In this document: positions 1 to 6,907 of the stretch, in pieces
Layout: the number at the start of each line of letters is the position of its first letter
How positions within the stretch are numbered: position 1 is the first letter of the stretch
Made by a program: the position numbers and the translations under genes
Notes under the pieces: generated by a model
The model's input: the letters and a program-made list of their open reading frames with translations, nothing else
Database searches by the model: none
Told to the model about the DNA's origin: nothing
DNA from: Candidatus Eiseniibacteriota bacterium
GTDB lineage: Bacteria > Orphanbacterota > Orphanbacteria > Orphanbacterales > Orphanbacteraceae
Length of the DNA stretch: 10,210 bases
Reading direction: 5' to 3'
NCBI GenBank assembly: GCA_016867715.1
Contig: VGIW01000107.1
Location: 1 to 10,210 of the forward strand

Positions 1-1063
1 CACTCTCGCGCGTTCGCTGGACGGGATCTACTTCGACCTCGAACAAGAATCCGAGCGCCTCAGGCTCGACCTCGAGTGGGATCGCCTCGCGGCCGGGAAG
101 GACCTCGTGATCTTGGACGAGGCTCAAGGGTGCCCGGACACCTTCGCTCGTCTGCGCGGGACCATCGACCGAGATCGCAAGCGGAAGGGTCGCTTCCTGC
201 TTCTCGGATCCGTTTCCCCCTCGCTGATGATCCGCGTCTCCGAGTCGCTGGCGGGCCGCTTGTCGCTTGTCGATCTGACCCCGCTCCTCTTCAACGAGCT
301 CCGAACAAAGGCACCGCGCGAGCGCCTCTGGTTGTGCGGGGGCTACCCCGATGGCGGGGTGCTGAGGGCCGGACCGTATCCGCGTTGGCAACTGGATTAC
401 CTGGCTCTTCTGACGCAGCGCGATCTCCCGACCTGGGGTTTGCCCGCGAGGCCGCGGACGACCGATCGGCTGCTCCGCATGCTGGCCGCGCTTCACGGGC
501 AGGTGTGGAATGCCACGCAAGTGGGCCAGAGCCTCGGGCTCTCGTACCACACCGTCAACAGCTACCTGGACTATCTGGAGGGGGCTTTCCTGATCCGCAG
601 GCTACCTTCCTACCAGGCGAACATCCGCAAGCGTCTCATCAAGAGCCCCAAGATCTATTGGCGTGATAGCGGGCTCCTGCATGCTCTCTTGAATGTCTCG
701 AACGAACGGCGCCTGCTCAGCCAACCATGGGTCGGCGCGAGCTGGGAAGGCTTCGTGATCGAGCAGGCGCTGGGTGAGCTCTCCGCGCGTGGACGAAGTT
801 TCACGGCTCACTACTTTAGGACCGGTGACCAACACGAAATGGACCTCGTGTTGGATTTCGGGAAGGAGTGTTGGGCTGTCGAGGTGAAGCTCACATCCTC
901 CCCCTCACCGGAGGATATGGCGCGGCTGGACAAAGCCGCTGACCTTATCAAGGCGTCGCGGCGCTTCCTGGTTTCGCAGACCGGCCGTTCGAGCGGAGAC
1001 GACCGCCGCATCTCCTGCAACCTGTCGACGTTCCTGAAACACCTGAGAGATGACGGGTCGTGA
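1..1063 (+). CDS. AAA+ ATPase of the DUF4143 family (COG1373-like), 5'-truncated at the window edge
   Basis: The reading frame is open from position 2 and ends at TGA 1061-1063. The Walker B-like motif DLVILDEAQ lies at the N-terminal part visible here. The remainder (GSVSPSL...YLDYLEGAFLI...WEGFVIEQAL...) matches the DUF4143 C-terminal architecture from memory. Third-codon positions are GC-rich. Confidence 0.7.
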   Translation, partial: TLARSLDGIYFDLEQESERLRLDLEWDRLAAGKDLVILDEAQGCPDTFARLRGTIDRDRKRKGRFLLLGSVSPSLMIRVSESLAGRLSLVDLTPLLFNELRTKAPRERLWLCGGYPDGGVLRAGPYPRWQLDYLALLTQRDLPTWGLPARPRTTDRLLRMLAALHGQVWNATQVGQSLGLSYHTVNSYLDYLEGAFLIRRLPSYQANIRKRLIKSPKIYWRDSGLLHALLNVSNERRLLSQPWVGASWEGFVIEQALGELSARGRSFTAHYFRTGDQHEMDLVLDFGKECWAVEVKLTSSPSPEDMARLDKAADLIKASRRFLVSQTGRSSGDDRRISCNLSTFLKHLRDDGS

Positions 1064-1133
1064 GAGGGACGCGGGATCCTGGGAGTGCTGCCTGAACCAT
1101 GGTCGTGCTCGGCACACGGTTCCCCGACTCCCT

Positions 1134-1163
1134 CCTTGACCCTCCCCGTCGATCGGCTAGAAT
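1134..1163 (+). promoter_or_regulatory. sigma70-like promoter for the tRNA cluster (TTGACC, 18-bp spacer, TAGAAT)
   Basis: TTGACC lies at 1134-1139 and TAGAAT at 1158-1163. The -10 element ends about 15 bp upstream of the tRNA-Ser 5' end at 1178. Confidence 0.5.
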
Positions 1164-1177
1164 GGGATTCGTCTTCC

Positions 1178-1263
1178 GGAGGGATGGCCGAGCGGTTGAA
1201 GGCGGCGGTCTTGAAAACCGCTAACCCGTTTAGGGTTCGTGGGTTCGAATCCCACTCCCTCCG
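1178..1263 (+). tRNA. tRNA-Ser (anticodon TGA), type II with long variable arm
   Basis: Hand-folded. The 7-bp acceptor stem is GGAGGGA/TCCCTCC. The D arm is GCC..GGC and the anticodon stem is GCGGT/ACCGC. The anticodon loop CTTGAAA gives anticodon TGA. There is a long variable arm, T loop TTCGAAT and discriminator G. Confidence 0.9.
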
Positions 1264-1355
1264 CCGGCGAGGGCGCGGGGGGATGGGAAGTAGGGCGAGG
1301 GGATTCGCGCGGAATGCCGCCCCGAGCCTCCCCACCGGAAAATGAAACATCAGGC

Positions 1356-1446
1356 GGAGTGGTGCGTGAGATGGCTGAAACGAACCGCCTGCTAAGCGGT
1401 TGAAGGGTCAAAAGCCCTTCCGAGGGTTCGAATCCCTCCCACTCCG
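1356..1446 (+). tRNA. tRNA-Ser (anticodon GCT), type II, with CCA encoded at 1447-1449
   Basis: The acceptor stem is GGAGTGG/CCACTCC. The anticodon stem is ACCGC/GCGGT and the loop CTGCTAA gives anticodon GCT. There is a long variable arm, T arm GAGGG-TTCGAAT-CCCTC and discriminator G. Confidence 0.88.
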
Positions 1447-1650
1447 CCAGCTTTGCGTTTCGGATCGAGGGGCGGGACGCGGTTCGCGTGGCGAAGGCTC
1501 CCCGCGAGTCGTGAGTCCGAGAGGGAGGCCGTCGAAAGTCCTTCGGCCGATCGGGGAGCCGCCTCGCGCGCGGGTCGAAGAGAAGAGCGTGAGAAGGCGC
1601 TTGCCAGGCGGGCTCGAATCGAGTAACCTACTCCGCGCGAACGAACGAAC

Positions 1651-1724
1651 ACGCCCATAGCTCAATTGGACAGAGCGTCTGGCTACGGACCAGAAGGTTG
1701 GGGGTTCAAGTCCTCCTGGGCGTA
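1651..1724 (+). tRNA. tRNA-Arg (anticodon ACG)
   Basis: The acceptor stem is ACGCCCA/TGGGCGT, a perfect 7 bp but with an unusual A1:U72 pair. Positions 8-9 are TA and the D stem is GCTC/GAGC. The anticodon stem is TCTGG/CCAGA and the loop CTACGGA gives anticodon ACG. The T arm is GGGGG-TTCAAGT-CCTCC and the discriminator is A73. The overall layout matches E. coli tRNA-Arg(ACG). Confidence 0.8.
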
Positions 1725-1731
1725 GATGATC

Positions 1732-1763
1732 GGGCCCTCCGGATCGCCGGAGGGCCCTTTTCT
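1732..1763 (+). terminator. Rho-independent terminator closing the tRNA cluster
   Basis: An 11-bp GC stem GGGCCCTCCGG/CCGGAGGGCCC with loop ATCG is followed by TTTTCT, 8 bp after the tRNA-Arg 3' end. Confidence 0.75.
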
Positions 1764-1826
1764 CGAGCCTGGACTCCGCGTGCGTCTTCTGCTCCGGACG
1801 CGGGTCGGAGCCTGCGAGACCCGATG

Positions 1827-2579
1827 CTACCGTCCTTTCCGCGCGCCGCTGATCGAGAGGACGACGCGCGCCGCGGGCTCGATCACACGAAACGTGAACG
1901 ATTCGGTGATGAAGAGACGAACGCGCTTCGTCTCCTGCCATTCGTAGCCGATCGCGAAGTCCTCGCCGAGCGTGAGCAATCGGTCGCCGCCGCGCATCGA
2001 GGCGAGGATCCCCCCCTCGAGATGCGGGGAGTAGAGGACAGGGCCGCCGAGGAGATCCTCGATCTGGCGGAGCGGCGGATGGCAAGGACCGTGCGAGGCG
2101 AGCGTCTCGTATGGTTTTCGCCCGAGGACGAGCGCGCATGCCCCGTCGATCGAGGCGTCCCGAAGGAGAAGGAGCGCACGCTAAACGCCGTCGACGATCC
2201 CCTTGACGTCGGAAGGAATCGGGATCGGCTTGTGGGCCGACGAGCCGAGAAGACCGGCGATCTTTCCGGCGGCGGGACCGTCGAAGAGCGCGCCGTCCTC
2301 GAAGGCGACCATCCGCCGCGCGGCTTCCTCCGCCGGCCCAAGGTCGATGTCCGCCGCGCCGCGGGTCGCGTTGTCCATTGCCCAGATGTCGAGATGGAAC
2401 GAGGTCCGCGCCTCGACGAGAGGGAGCGCCTGGCGGACGCCGAAGGCGACCCCCTCGCACGGCTGCTTCGCCGGAAGCTCGATTCGGCCAAGGCCGATCG
2501 CGGAGAAATCCCATCCCTTGGGGCCGTCCACGTCGGCGATCCGCCGCCCCGCGAGCCCGGCCTTGAGGACGCGGCGCAC
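1827..2579 (-). pseudogene. same gene read through the in-frame TAG at 2181-2183: about 250-codon hypothetical protein, possible pseudogene or sequencing error
   Basis: The frame stays open for 117 more protein-like codons after the TAG (RALLLLRDASIDGACALVLGRKPYETLASHGPCHPPL…FTFRVIEPAARVVLSISGARKGR) down to a second TAG at 1827-1829. No start codon is available for the downstream part. Confidence 0.45.
2181..2579 (-). CDS. hypothetical protein, intact N-terminal ORF of an interrupted gene (GTG start at 2579, TAG at 2181-2183)
   Basis: The 132-aa ORF has strongly GC-biased third positions and a protein-like composition (…SFHLDIWAMDNATRGAADIDLGPAEE…). I do not recognise a family. Confidence 0.55.
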   Translation of the reverse strand: MRRVLKAGLAGRRIADVDGPKGWDFSAIGLGRIELPAKQPCEGVAFGVRQALPLVEARTSFHLDIWAMDNATRGAADIDLGPAEEAARRMVAFEDGALFDGPAAGKIAGLLGSSAHKPIPIPSDVKGIVDGV

Positions 2580-2619
2580 GGCCTCGTCGATCGCACCCCA
2601 CGCGGCGTCCGGGGAATAA

Positions 2620-2658
2620 GGTATCCGATACCGGTTCTAATTTGGTATCGGATACCGG
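2620..2658. repeat. REP-like palindrome pair: GGTATCCGATACCGG, 9-bp spacer, GGTATCGGATACCGG
   Basis: Two 15-bp perfect palindromes differ only at the central base. They lie in the 178-bp spacer between two minus-strand genes. Confidence 0.8.
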
Positions 2659-2697
2659 CTTGCTTGAGGACCCAGATGTAGTAGGTGCCGCAGCGGT
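2643..2697. repeat. roughly 55-bp imperfect direct repeat of 2745-2796 (a palindrome plus a copy of the last 10 codons of the TolB-like gene)
   Basis: GGTATCGGATACCGGCTTgcttgaggaCCCAGATGTaGTAGGTGCCGCaGCGGT was aligned by eye to GGTATCGGATACCGGCTTattccaagatCCAGATGTcGTAGGTGCCGCcGCGGT. Confidence 0.7.
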
Positions 2698-2728
2698 CCG
2701 GTCAATGTATCGGGCAAGGTACGATCAA

Positions 2729-2756
2729 GGTATCGGATACCGGTATCGGATACCGG
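2729..2756. repeat. tandem overlapping palindromes GGTATCGGATACCGG-TATCGGATACCGG immediately 3' of the TolB-like stop codon
   Basis: Perfect palindromic units of the same family as 2620-2658. Degenerate half-copies (GTATCGGGCAAGGTACGATC) occur at 2706-2726. Confidence 0.8.
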
Positions 2757-2757
2757 C

Positions 2758-3951
2758 TTATTCCAAGATCCAGATGTCGTAGGTGCCGCCGCGGTTCGAG
2801 GCGAAGGCGATCCGGTCGCCGCGCGGGGACCAGGCCGGCTCCCGGTCGTCGGCGAGATGGCTCGCGAGGATCTTCTTCCGGCCGCTCGCCGGGTCGACCG
2901 CCCAGATGTCGTACTGCACGTTCCGGTTGTCGGCGAAGGCGAGGAAGGGGCCTTTCGGGCAGAAGGCGGGGTGGATCTCGCGCACCATCGGGTCGTTCGC
3001 GCCGGGGACGAGGGAGAGGATCGGGTCGGGCGGCTCGACCGTCGCGAGGTCCGATCCGCCCAGCTGGTTCGAGACGAACGCGAGGGCCGTGCCGTCCGCG
3101 CGCCACGTGGCGGACGACTCCGCGGTGGCGGCGGCGGTGTACGCCTCCTCCGGTCCGGACGGTGCTCCGCTCGCGATGGCGACGGAGTAGATATTCCAGT
3201 TTCCGTCCCGGTTCGAATGGAACGCGAGGCGCGCGCCGTTCGGCGACCAGACGGGACCCCGATCCGCGAAGGAATTCGTCGTGACCTGCGTCTCCTCCCC
3301 CCCCTCCGCCAAAACGGTCCAGATGTCCCAGTTCCCCGATCGGTTCGATGCGAACGCGATCCGGTCCCCCGCCGGCGACCAGTGCGGCGAGGCGTCGTCG
3401 TTCGAGGACGAAACGAGAACGGAAGGCGAGCCCCCGGCCGAGGGGACTGTGTGGAGATCGCGAAGGCCGCTTACACCTCTTGATGCATAAACGATCGTGC
3501 TCCCGTCGGGAGACCAGGCCGGCTCCCGCTCCTCCTCGCTCGGGCTTCCGATCGAGCGGAGGGTTCGTTCGGCGAGGAGCGCGCTCACCGTGGCGGATCC
3601 CTTCGCGCCGTCGGCGTCCTCCGCCTCGACCGTGATCTCGATCGCGCCGGCATCGAAGAGGAACGCGGGGAAGTAGAGGGAGAAGGGGGAGGTCGAAGCG
3701 GTCGCGAAGATCGTTCCCGCGGCTTTCAGGCGGATCGCCGCGATGCCGTCCTCGTCGGACGCGAGGCCGGTGACGGTGAAGCCGACGCCGGAGAGCGTAT
3801 CGCCCGATCGCGGGGATTGGATCACGACCGAAGGGGGAGTCCCGCCGTTTGTCGGCGACTCGTGCTTCCCGCAACCGGCGGGAAGAAGGGCGAGTGCGAT
3901 TGCAAGAGCGAGAAGCCGCTCGAAAAGACGCGGCCGGTGCGTGGTCGACAT
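2758..3951 (-). CDS. TolB-like periplasmic protein: signal peptide/probable lipoprotein, Ig-like domain, PD40-type beta-propeller repeats
   Basis: The ATG at 3949-3951 has a GGAGGA Shine-Dalgarno sequence 7 nt upstream. The N-terminus MSTTHRPRLFERLLALAIALALLPAGC carries a non-canonical lipobox. The repeat pattern …PAWSPDG…IAFASNR.G.WDIW… recurs at least five times, which is the PD40/WD40-like TolB signature. The gene ends at TAA 2758-2760. Confidence 0.8.
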   Translation of the reverse strand: MSTTHRPRLFERLLALAIALALLPAGCGKHESPTNGGTPPSVVIQSPRSGDTLSGVGFTVTGLASDEDGIAAIRLKAAGTIFATASTSPFSLYFPAFLFDAGAIEITVEAEDADGAKGSATVSALLAERTLRSIGSPSEEEREPAWSPDGSTIVYASRGVSGLRDLHTVPSAGGSPSVLVSSSNDDASPHWSPAGDRIAFASNRSGNWDIWTVLAEGGEETQVTTNSFADRGPVWSPNGARLAFHSNRDGNWNIYSVAIASGAPSGPEEAYTAAATAESSATWRADGTALAFVSNQLGGSDLATVEPPDPILSLVPGANDPMVREIHPAFCPKGPFLAFADNRNVQYDIWAVDPASGRKKILASHLADDREPAWSPRGDRIAFASNRGGTYDIWILE

Positions 3952-4059
3952 GCTCGTTCCTCCGCGGGTTCGCCGCCGGTCGGGACTCGCCTCGAGGCCC
4001 TCTGCGAGTTGACGGCGCGAGGCGCCCGATGCTACGTTCCGCCGGATGGCGCGCCGACA

Positions 4060-6066
4060 ATGGGGAGGGCACCCGTGAGCTCCCGATGGATTCTCCCTCT
4101 ACTCCTTCTTATCGGCCTCGCGATGCGCCTCTATTACCTCCACGGCATCGAGGCGAGCCCCGAGTTCCGAGTCCCTCTCGTCGACAACCGATGGTATCAC
4201 GATCGAGCGCTCGCCTGGTCGGAAGGAAGGGCGGGGTCCGAGCTCGACCTCTTTCGCGCGCCGTTCTATCCGTTCCTCCTGGGACAACTCTACCGGGTCT
4301 TCGGATCCGGCCCGTATGTTGCGCGGATCTTCCAAATGCTTCTCGGGCTCGCGGCGATCCTGCTTGTGCACCGGATCGGGAACCGCGCCTACGGGCCTCC
4401 GGTCGGGCTCGTCGCGGCCGCCTTTTCCCTCCTCTACAATCCCTTTATCTATTATGAAAACGAGACGCTCACGACCTCGCTCCTTCTCTTTCTCCTTCTT
4501 CTCGGCTTCTTCTTGCTTCTCGGGCTCCAGGAGGGAAAGAGATTTTGGGCGCTCGCCGCGGGGGCGGTCCTCGGGCTCGCGGCGGCGACCTATCCGACGG
4601 CTCTCGCCCTTTACCCGTTCGTTCTCCTCTGGAGCGTGTGGTGCGCGCGGAGCCGCGCGATGCGGACGCTCCCCGTGCTCGCGCCTCTCGCGATCGGCCT
4701 CGCGCTCCCTCCCCTCGCGGCGGCGGCGTGGAACACGAGAACGCACGGCGCCTTCGTCCTCGCGACGCAAGGGGGCGTGAACCTTTATATCGGAAACAAT
4801 CCGAACGCGGACGGAAGGACGGCGATCGTTCCCGACTGGCGCGACATCGCCTACGAAACGAAGGAGTACGAGGACAACGTCTCCCTCGCGGCGATCCGGG
4901 TCGCCGAGCGGGAGACCGGACGGAGGCTCTCGCCGGGCGAGGCGGACCGCTTCTGGCGGGAGCGTGCGCTCGAGTGGATCGCCTCGCGCCCCGCCGACGC
5001 GCTCCGCCTCTTCGGGCGAAAGATCGTCTATCTCGCGAGCGACGAGGAGATCCCGAACAACCGTTTTCTCACCCCCCACATCGAGGAGTACGCGCCGCTT
5101 CTTCGGCGCCTCTCGCTCGGGGCGGGGTTTTTCATCGCGTTCGGGATCGCGGGGCTCCTTCTCTCGGGGGGGCGCGCCGGAGCGCGCTCGCTCCTTGCGC
5201 TCTTTCTCCTCGCGCAAGCGGCGGTTCTCGTTCTCTTCTTCGTGTGCGCGCGCTTCCGCCTTCCAATGATGCCCTTCTTCCTCGTTCTGGCGGCGCACCT
5301 CGTCGTGCGGCTCGCGCGCGAAGGGCGGCGCTTTCCGATTCGCGTCGTTCTCTTCGTGGCGGTGCCGCTCCTTCTCGTCGCGCACTCGAATGCTTTTGAC
5401 GTGAACGTTCCGGGGGATCTCGCCTCGCTCTACTTCTCGCGGGGCCACGCGTTCGCCGAGGTCGGGCGGCTCGATCGGGCGGAGGAGATGTACCGCGAGG
5501 CGCTCGCGCTCGATCCGAGCGATCCGCGAGTGCTCATCAACCTCGGGGCGGTCCTCGCGCGGGCCGGGAGAGCCGATGAGGCGGAGCGCGTGCTCCTGAC
5601 GGCGCTCGATCGGGATCCCCGCTACGCGCCGTTCGTTTGGAACAACCTCGCGCTCGCACGTCTCGTCGCCGGCGATCCGGAGGGGGCTCTTCGCTTCTTC
5701 GAGCGATCGATCGAGGCGGCTCCGGGGGACGCGGATGTGCACGCGAACGCGGCGAACGCGCTCCTCGCGCTCGGAAGACACGAGGAAGCTCTCGCGCGCT
5801 ACGACGAGGCGCTCGGACGAGGGACGGCGCGGGCGCTTCCGACGCGCCTCGGGCGCGCGCTCGCCCTCTCGGCGCTCGGAAGGGGGAAGGAGGCGCTGGC
5901 CGAGACGGAATCGGTCGCGGCCGCGGCGCCCGGCGTTCCAGAAGCGTGGGCGGTCCTCGCCGAGGTCGCCGCCGCCACGGGCGAGCCGGAGAGGGCGGAG
6001 GAGGCGCGGGCGCGCTTCCAGGCGCTGACCGGCCGCCGCCCGGGGCCGGCCGACCTCCCGTTTTGA
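4060..6066 (+). CDS. membrane glycosyltransferase of the GT39/PMT (ArnT-like, GT-C fold) family fused to C-terminal TPR repeats
   Basis: The N-terminal two-thirds has many hydrophobic segments (…PFYPFLLGQLYRVFG…ILLVHRIGNRAYG…FLLLLGFFLLLG…), typical of PMT_2/ArnT-type GT-C enzymes. The C-terminal roughly 220 aa is Ala/Leu/Arg-rich with TPR periodicity (…ALALDPSDPRVLINLGAVLARAGRADEAE…). The ATG at 4060 is one candidate start. An alternative GTG at 4075 has a GGAGG Shine-Dalgarno sequence 6 nt upstream. The in-frame extension up to 3817 is rejected because it overlaps the divergent gene start. The stop codon is TGA 6064-6066. Confidence 0.7.
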   Translation: MGRAPVSSRWILPLLLLIGLAMRLYYLHGIEASPEFRVPLVDNRWYHDRALAWSEGRAGSELDLFRAPFYPFLLGQLYRVFGSGPYVARIFQMLLGLAAILLVHRIGNRAYGPPVGLVAAAFSLLYNPFIYYENETLTTSLLLFLLLLGFFLLLGLQEGKRFWALAAGAVLGLAAATYPTALALYPFVLLWSVWCARSRAMRTLPVLAPLAIGLALPPLAAAAWNTRTHGAFVLATQGGVNLYIGNNPNADGRTAIVPDWRDIAYETKEYEDNVSLAAIRVAERETGRRLSPGEADRFWRERALEWIASRPADALRLFGRKIVYLASDEEIPNNRFLTPHIEEYAPLLRRLSLGAGFFIAFGIAGLLLSGGRAGARSLLALFLLAQAAVLVLFFVCARFRLPMMPFFLVLAAHLVVRLAREGRRFPIRVVLFVAVPLLLVAHSNAFDVNVPGDLASLYFSRGHAFAEVGRLDRAEEMYREALALDPSDPRVLINLGAVLARAGRADEAERVLLTALDRDPRYAPFVWNNLALARLVAGDPEGALRFFERSIEAAPGDADVHANAANALLALGRHEEALARYDEALGRGTARALPTRLGRALALSALGRGKEALAETESVAAAAPGVPEAWAVLAEVAAATGEPERAEEARARFQALTGRRPGPADLPF

Positions 6067-6121
6067 ACGTTTGTACCTGGTACGAAGTTGGGTAGACGTT
6101 TTGAACGTCTGTACCAGGTAC
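6061..6121. repeat. two copies of TTTTGAACGT(T/C)TGTACC(T/A)GGTAC, each containing the palindrome GTACC-N-GGTAC
   Basis: The copies lie at 6061-6083 and 6098-6121, and their palindromic centres are complementary. They sit directly at and after the GT39-TPR stop codon. Confidence 0.75.
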
Positions 6122-6143
6122 AAGGGGGACCAGGACTGGAGTA

Positions 6144-6159
6144 TGTATCGGATACCGAC
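6144..6159. repeat. REP-like palindrome TGTATCGGATACCGAC, same family as 2620-2756
   Basis: The GTATC-G-GATAC core is identical to the copies 3.5 kb upstream. Confidence 0.65.
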
Positions 6160-6226
6160 GCGCGCCATGAGGACGAAAAGGCTGATGGAGCGTCCGTTTC
6201 GGGGAAGATAGGCGAAAGAGGTAAAA

Positions 6227-6299
6227 GAGGTATCAGGTACGTCTCAACCAGGAAGAAAGAGGTATCAGGTACGTCTCAGGAAAGGTATCAGGTACCGTG
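6227..6299 (+). promoter_or_regulatory. array of three direct repeats with 31-bp period (AGAGGTATCAGGTACGTCTCA twice, AAGGTATCAGGTACCGTGG once) abutting the tadA start
   Basis: The core GGTATCAGGTAC sits at 6229-6240, 6260-6271 and 6284-6295. The last copy ends one base before the GTG at 6297. The local region is GC-poorer than its surroundings. Confidence 0.6.
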
Positions 6300-6776
6300 G
6301 ATCACGTACGCTGGATGCGCCTCGCGCTTCTTGAAGCGGAGGAGGCGGCACGAGAGGGGGAGGTCCCGGTCGGCGCGGTCGTCATCCACGAAGGGCGTGT
6401 GATCGGGCGGGGCCACAACCGGGTCGAGGGGACGAACGACCCAACCGCGCACGCCGAGATCCTCGCGATCGGCGCTGCCGCCGAGGCGCTCGGCTCGTGG
6501 AGGCTCGAAGGCGCGACCCTCTACGTCACGCTCGAACCGTGCTTCATGTGCGCGGGGGCGATCGTCCTCGCGCGTCTCGACCGTCTCGTCTTCGGCGCGA
6601 CCGACCCGAAGGCGGGCGCGTGCGTCTCGCTCGCCGGCGTCGTCCAGGACCCGCGCCTCAACCATCGGGTCGATCTCCTCCACGGCATCCTCGAAACCGA
6701 GTCGCGCGCGCTCCTCGAGGATTTCTTCCGAAAGAAGCGAGAGGAGGCCGAGGGGACCCCGCGAGAAGACGGGTAG
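6297..6776 (+). CDS. tadA: tRNA-specific adenosine(34) deaminase
   Basis: The CDA-fold zinc motifs HAE(ILAI) and (E)PCFMCAGA are present. The N-terminus [24 protein letters not shown] matches the TadA consensus. The product is 159 aa. The start is GTG 6297 (an ATG at 6315 is an alternative) and the stop is TAG 6774-6776. Confidence 0.88.
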   Translation: MDHVRWMRLALLEAEEAAREGEVPVGAVVIHEGRVIGRGHNRVEGTNDPTAHAEILAIGAAAEALGSWRLEGATLYVTLEPCFMCAGAIVLARLDRLVFGATDPKAGACVSLAGVVQDPRLNHRVDLLHGILETESRALLEDFFRKKREEAEGTPREDG

Positions 6777-6907
6777 AAGCGGGGAGACGACCCCGGTTCT
6801 CCGGCCCTCCTCGAAGAACGCGCGCGTCCCGCACCTCCCCGAGCTCCGCATCTGGATCGCCCCGGCGGCTGCCGAAGTCCGCGTGCGTTCCCCGCCAAAC
6901 CGAGTCT

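Noticed and set aside
1450-1650. Selenocysteine tRNA or tmRNA in the long spacer
   Set aside because: There is no UCA anticodon loop and no 8-bp acceptor or 6-bp D stem. There is no tmRNA-type GGGG…UCCACCA tRNA-like ends and no tag reading frame.
1085-1660. ORFs 811..1350(-), 1085..1345(+), 1157..1411(-), 1392..1658(-), 1400..1660(+), 8293..8637(-), 8337..8534(+), 8572..8806(+), 8745..9503(-), 8766..9011(+)
   Set aside because: They lie across tRNA genes, the SRP RNA or their spacers. The structured-RNA explanation is far stronger than a coding one.
2181-2183. TAG reassignment (alternative genetic code, pyrrolysine) as the explanation for the in-frame TAG
   Set aside because: TAG terminates tadA (6774-6776), the secreted protein (8135-8137) and the interrupted gene itself (1827-1829), so TAG is a normal stop here. 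No pyl genes are visible.
1408-2681. Long ORFs 1408..2601(-), 1883..2596(-), 1698..2681(+), 2203..2619(+), and similarly 4099..6168(-), 7172..8371(-), 6497..7195(+), 6521..7144(-), 2702..4072(-), 2857..3483(+), 4545..5399(+)
   Set aside because: They are Arg/Ser/Pro/Gly-rich and low in complexity. They are antisense or out of frame relative to genes with clear family signatures and good GC3 bias. These are typical shadow ORFs of roughly 70% GC DNA.
3817-4059. N-terminal extension of the GT39-TPR ORF back to the M at 3817
   Set aside because: It would overlap the divergently transcribed TolB-like gene start by 135 bp and has an Arg-rich junk composition. The membrane domain begins right after the ATG at 4060 or the GTG at 4075, and the latter has a GGAGG Shine-Dalgarno sequence.
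6227-6299. CRISPR array
   Set aside because: There are only three copies. The 21-bp repeat has 10-bp spacers, two of which are identical, and the last copy is diverged. It does not resemble CRISPR repeat-spacer geometry, and no cas genes are present.
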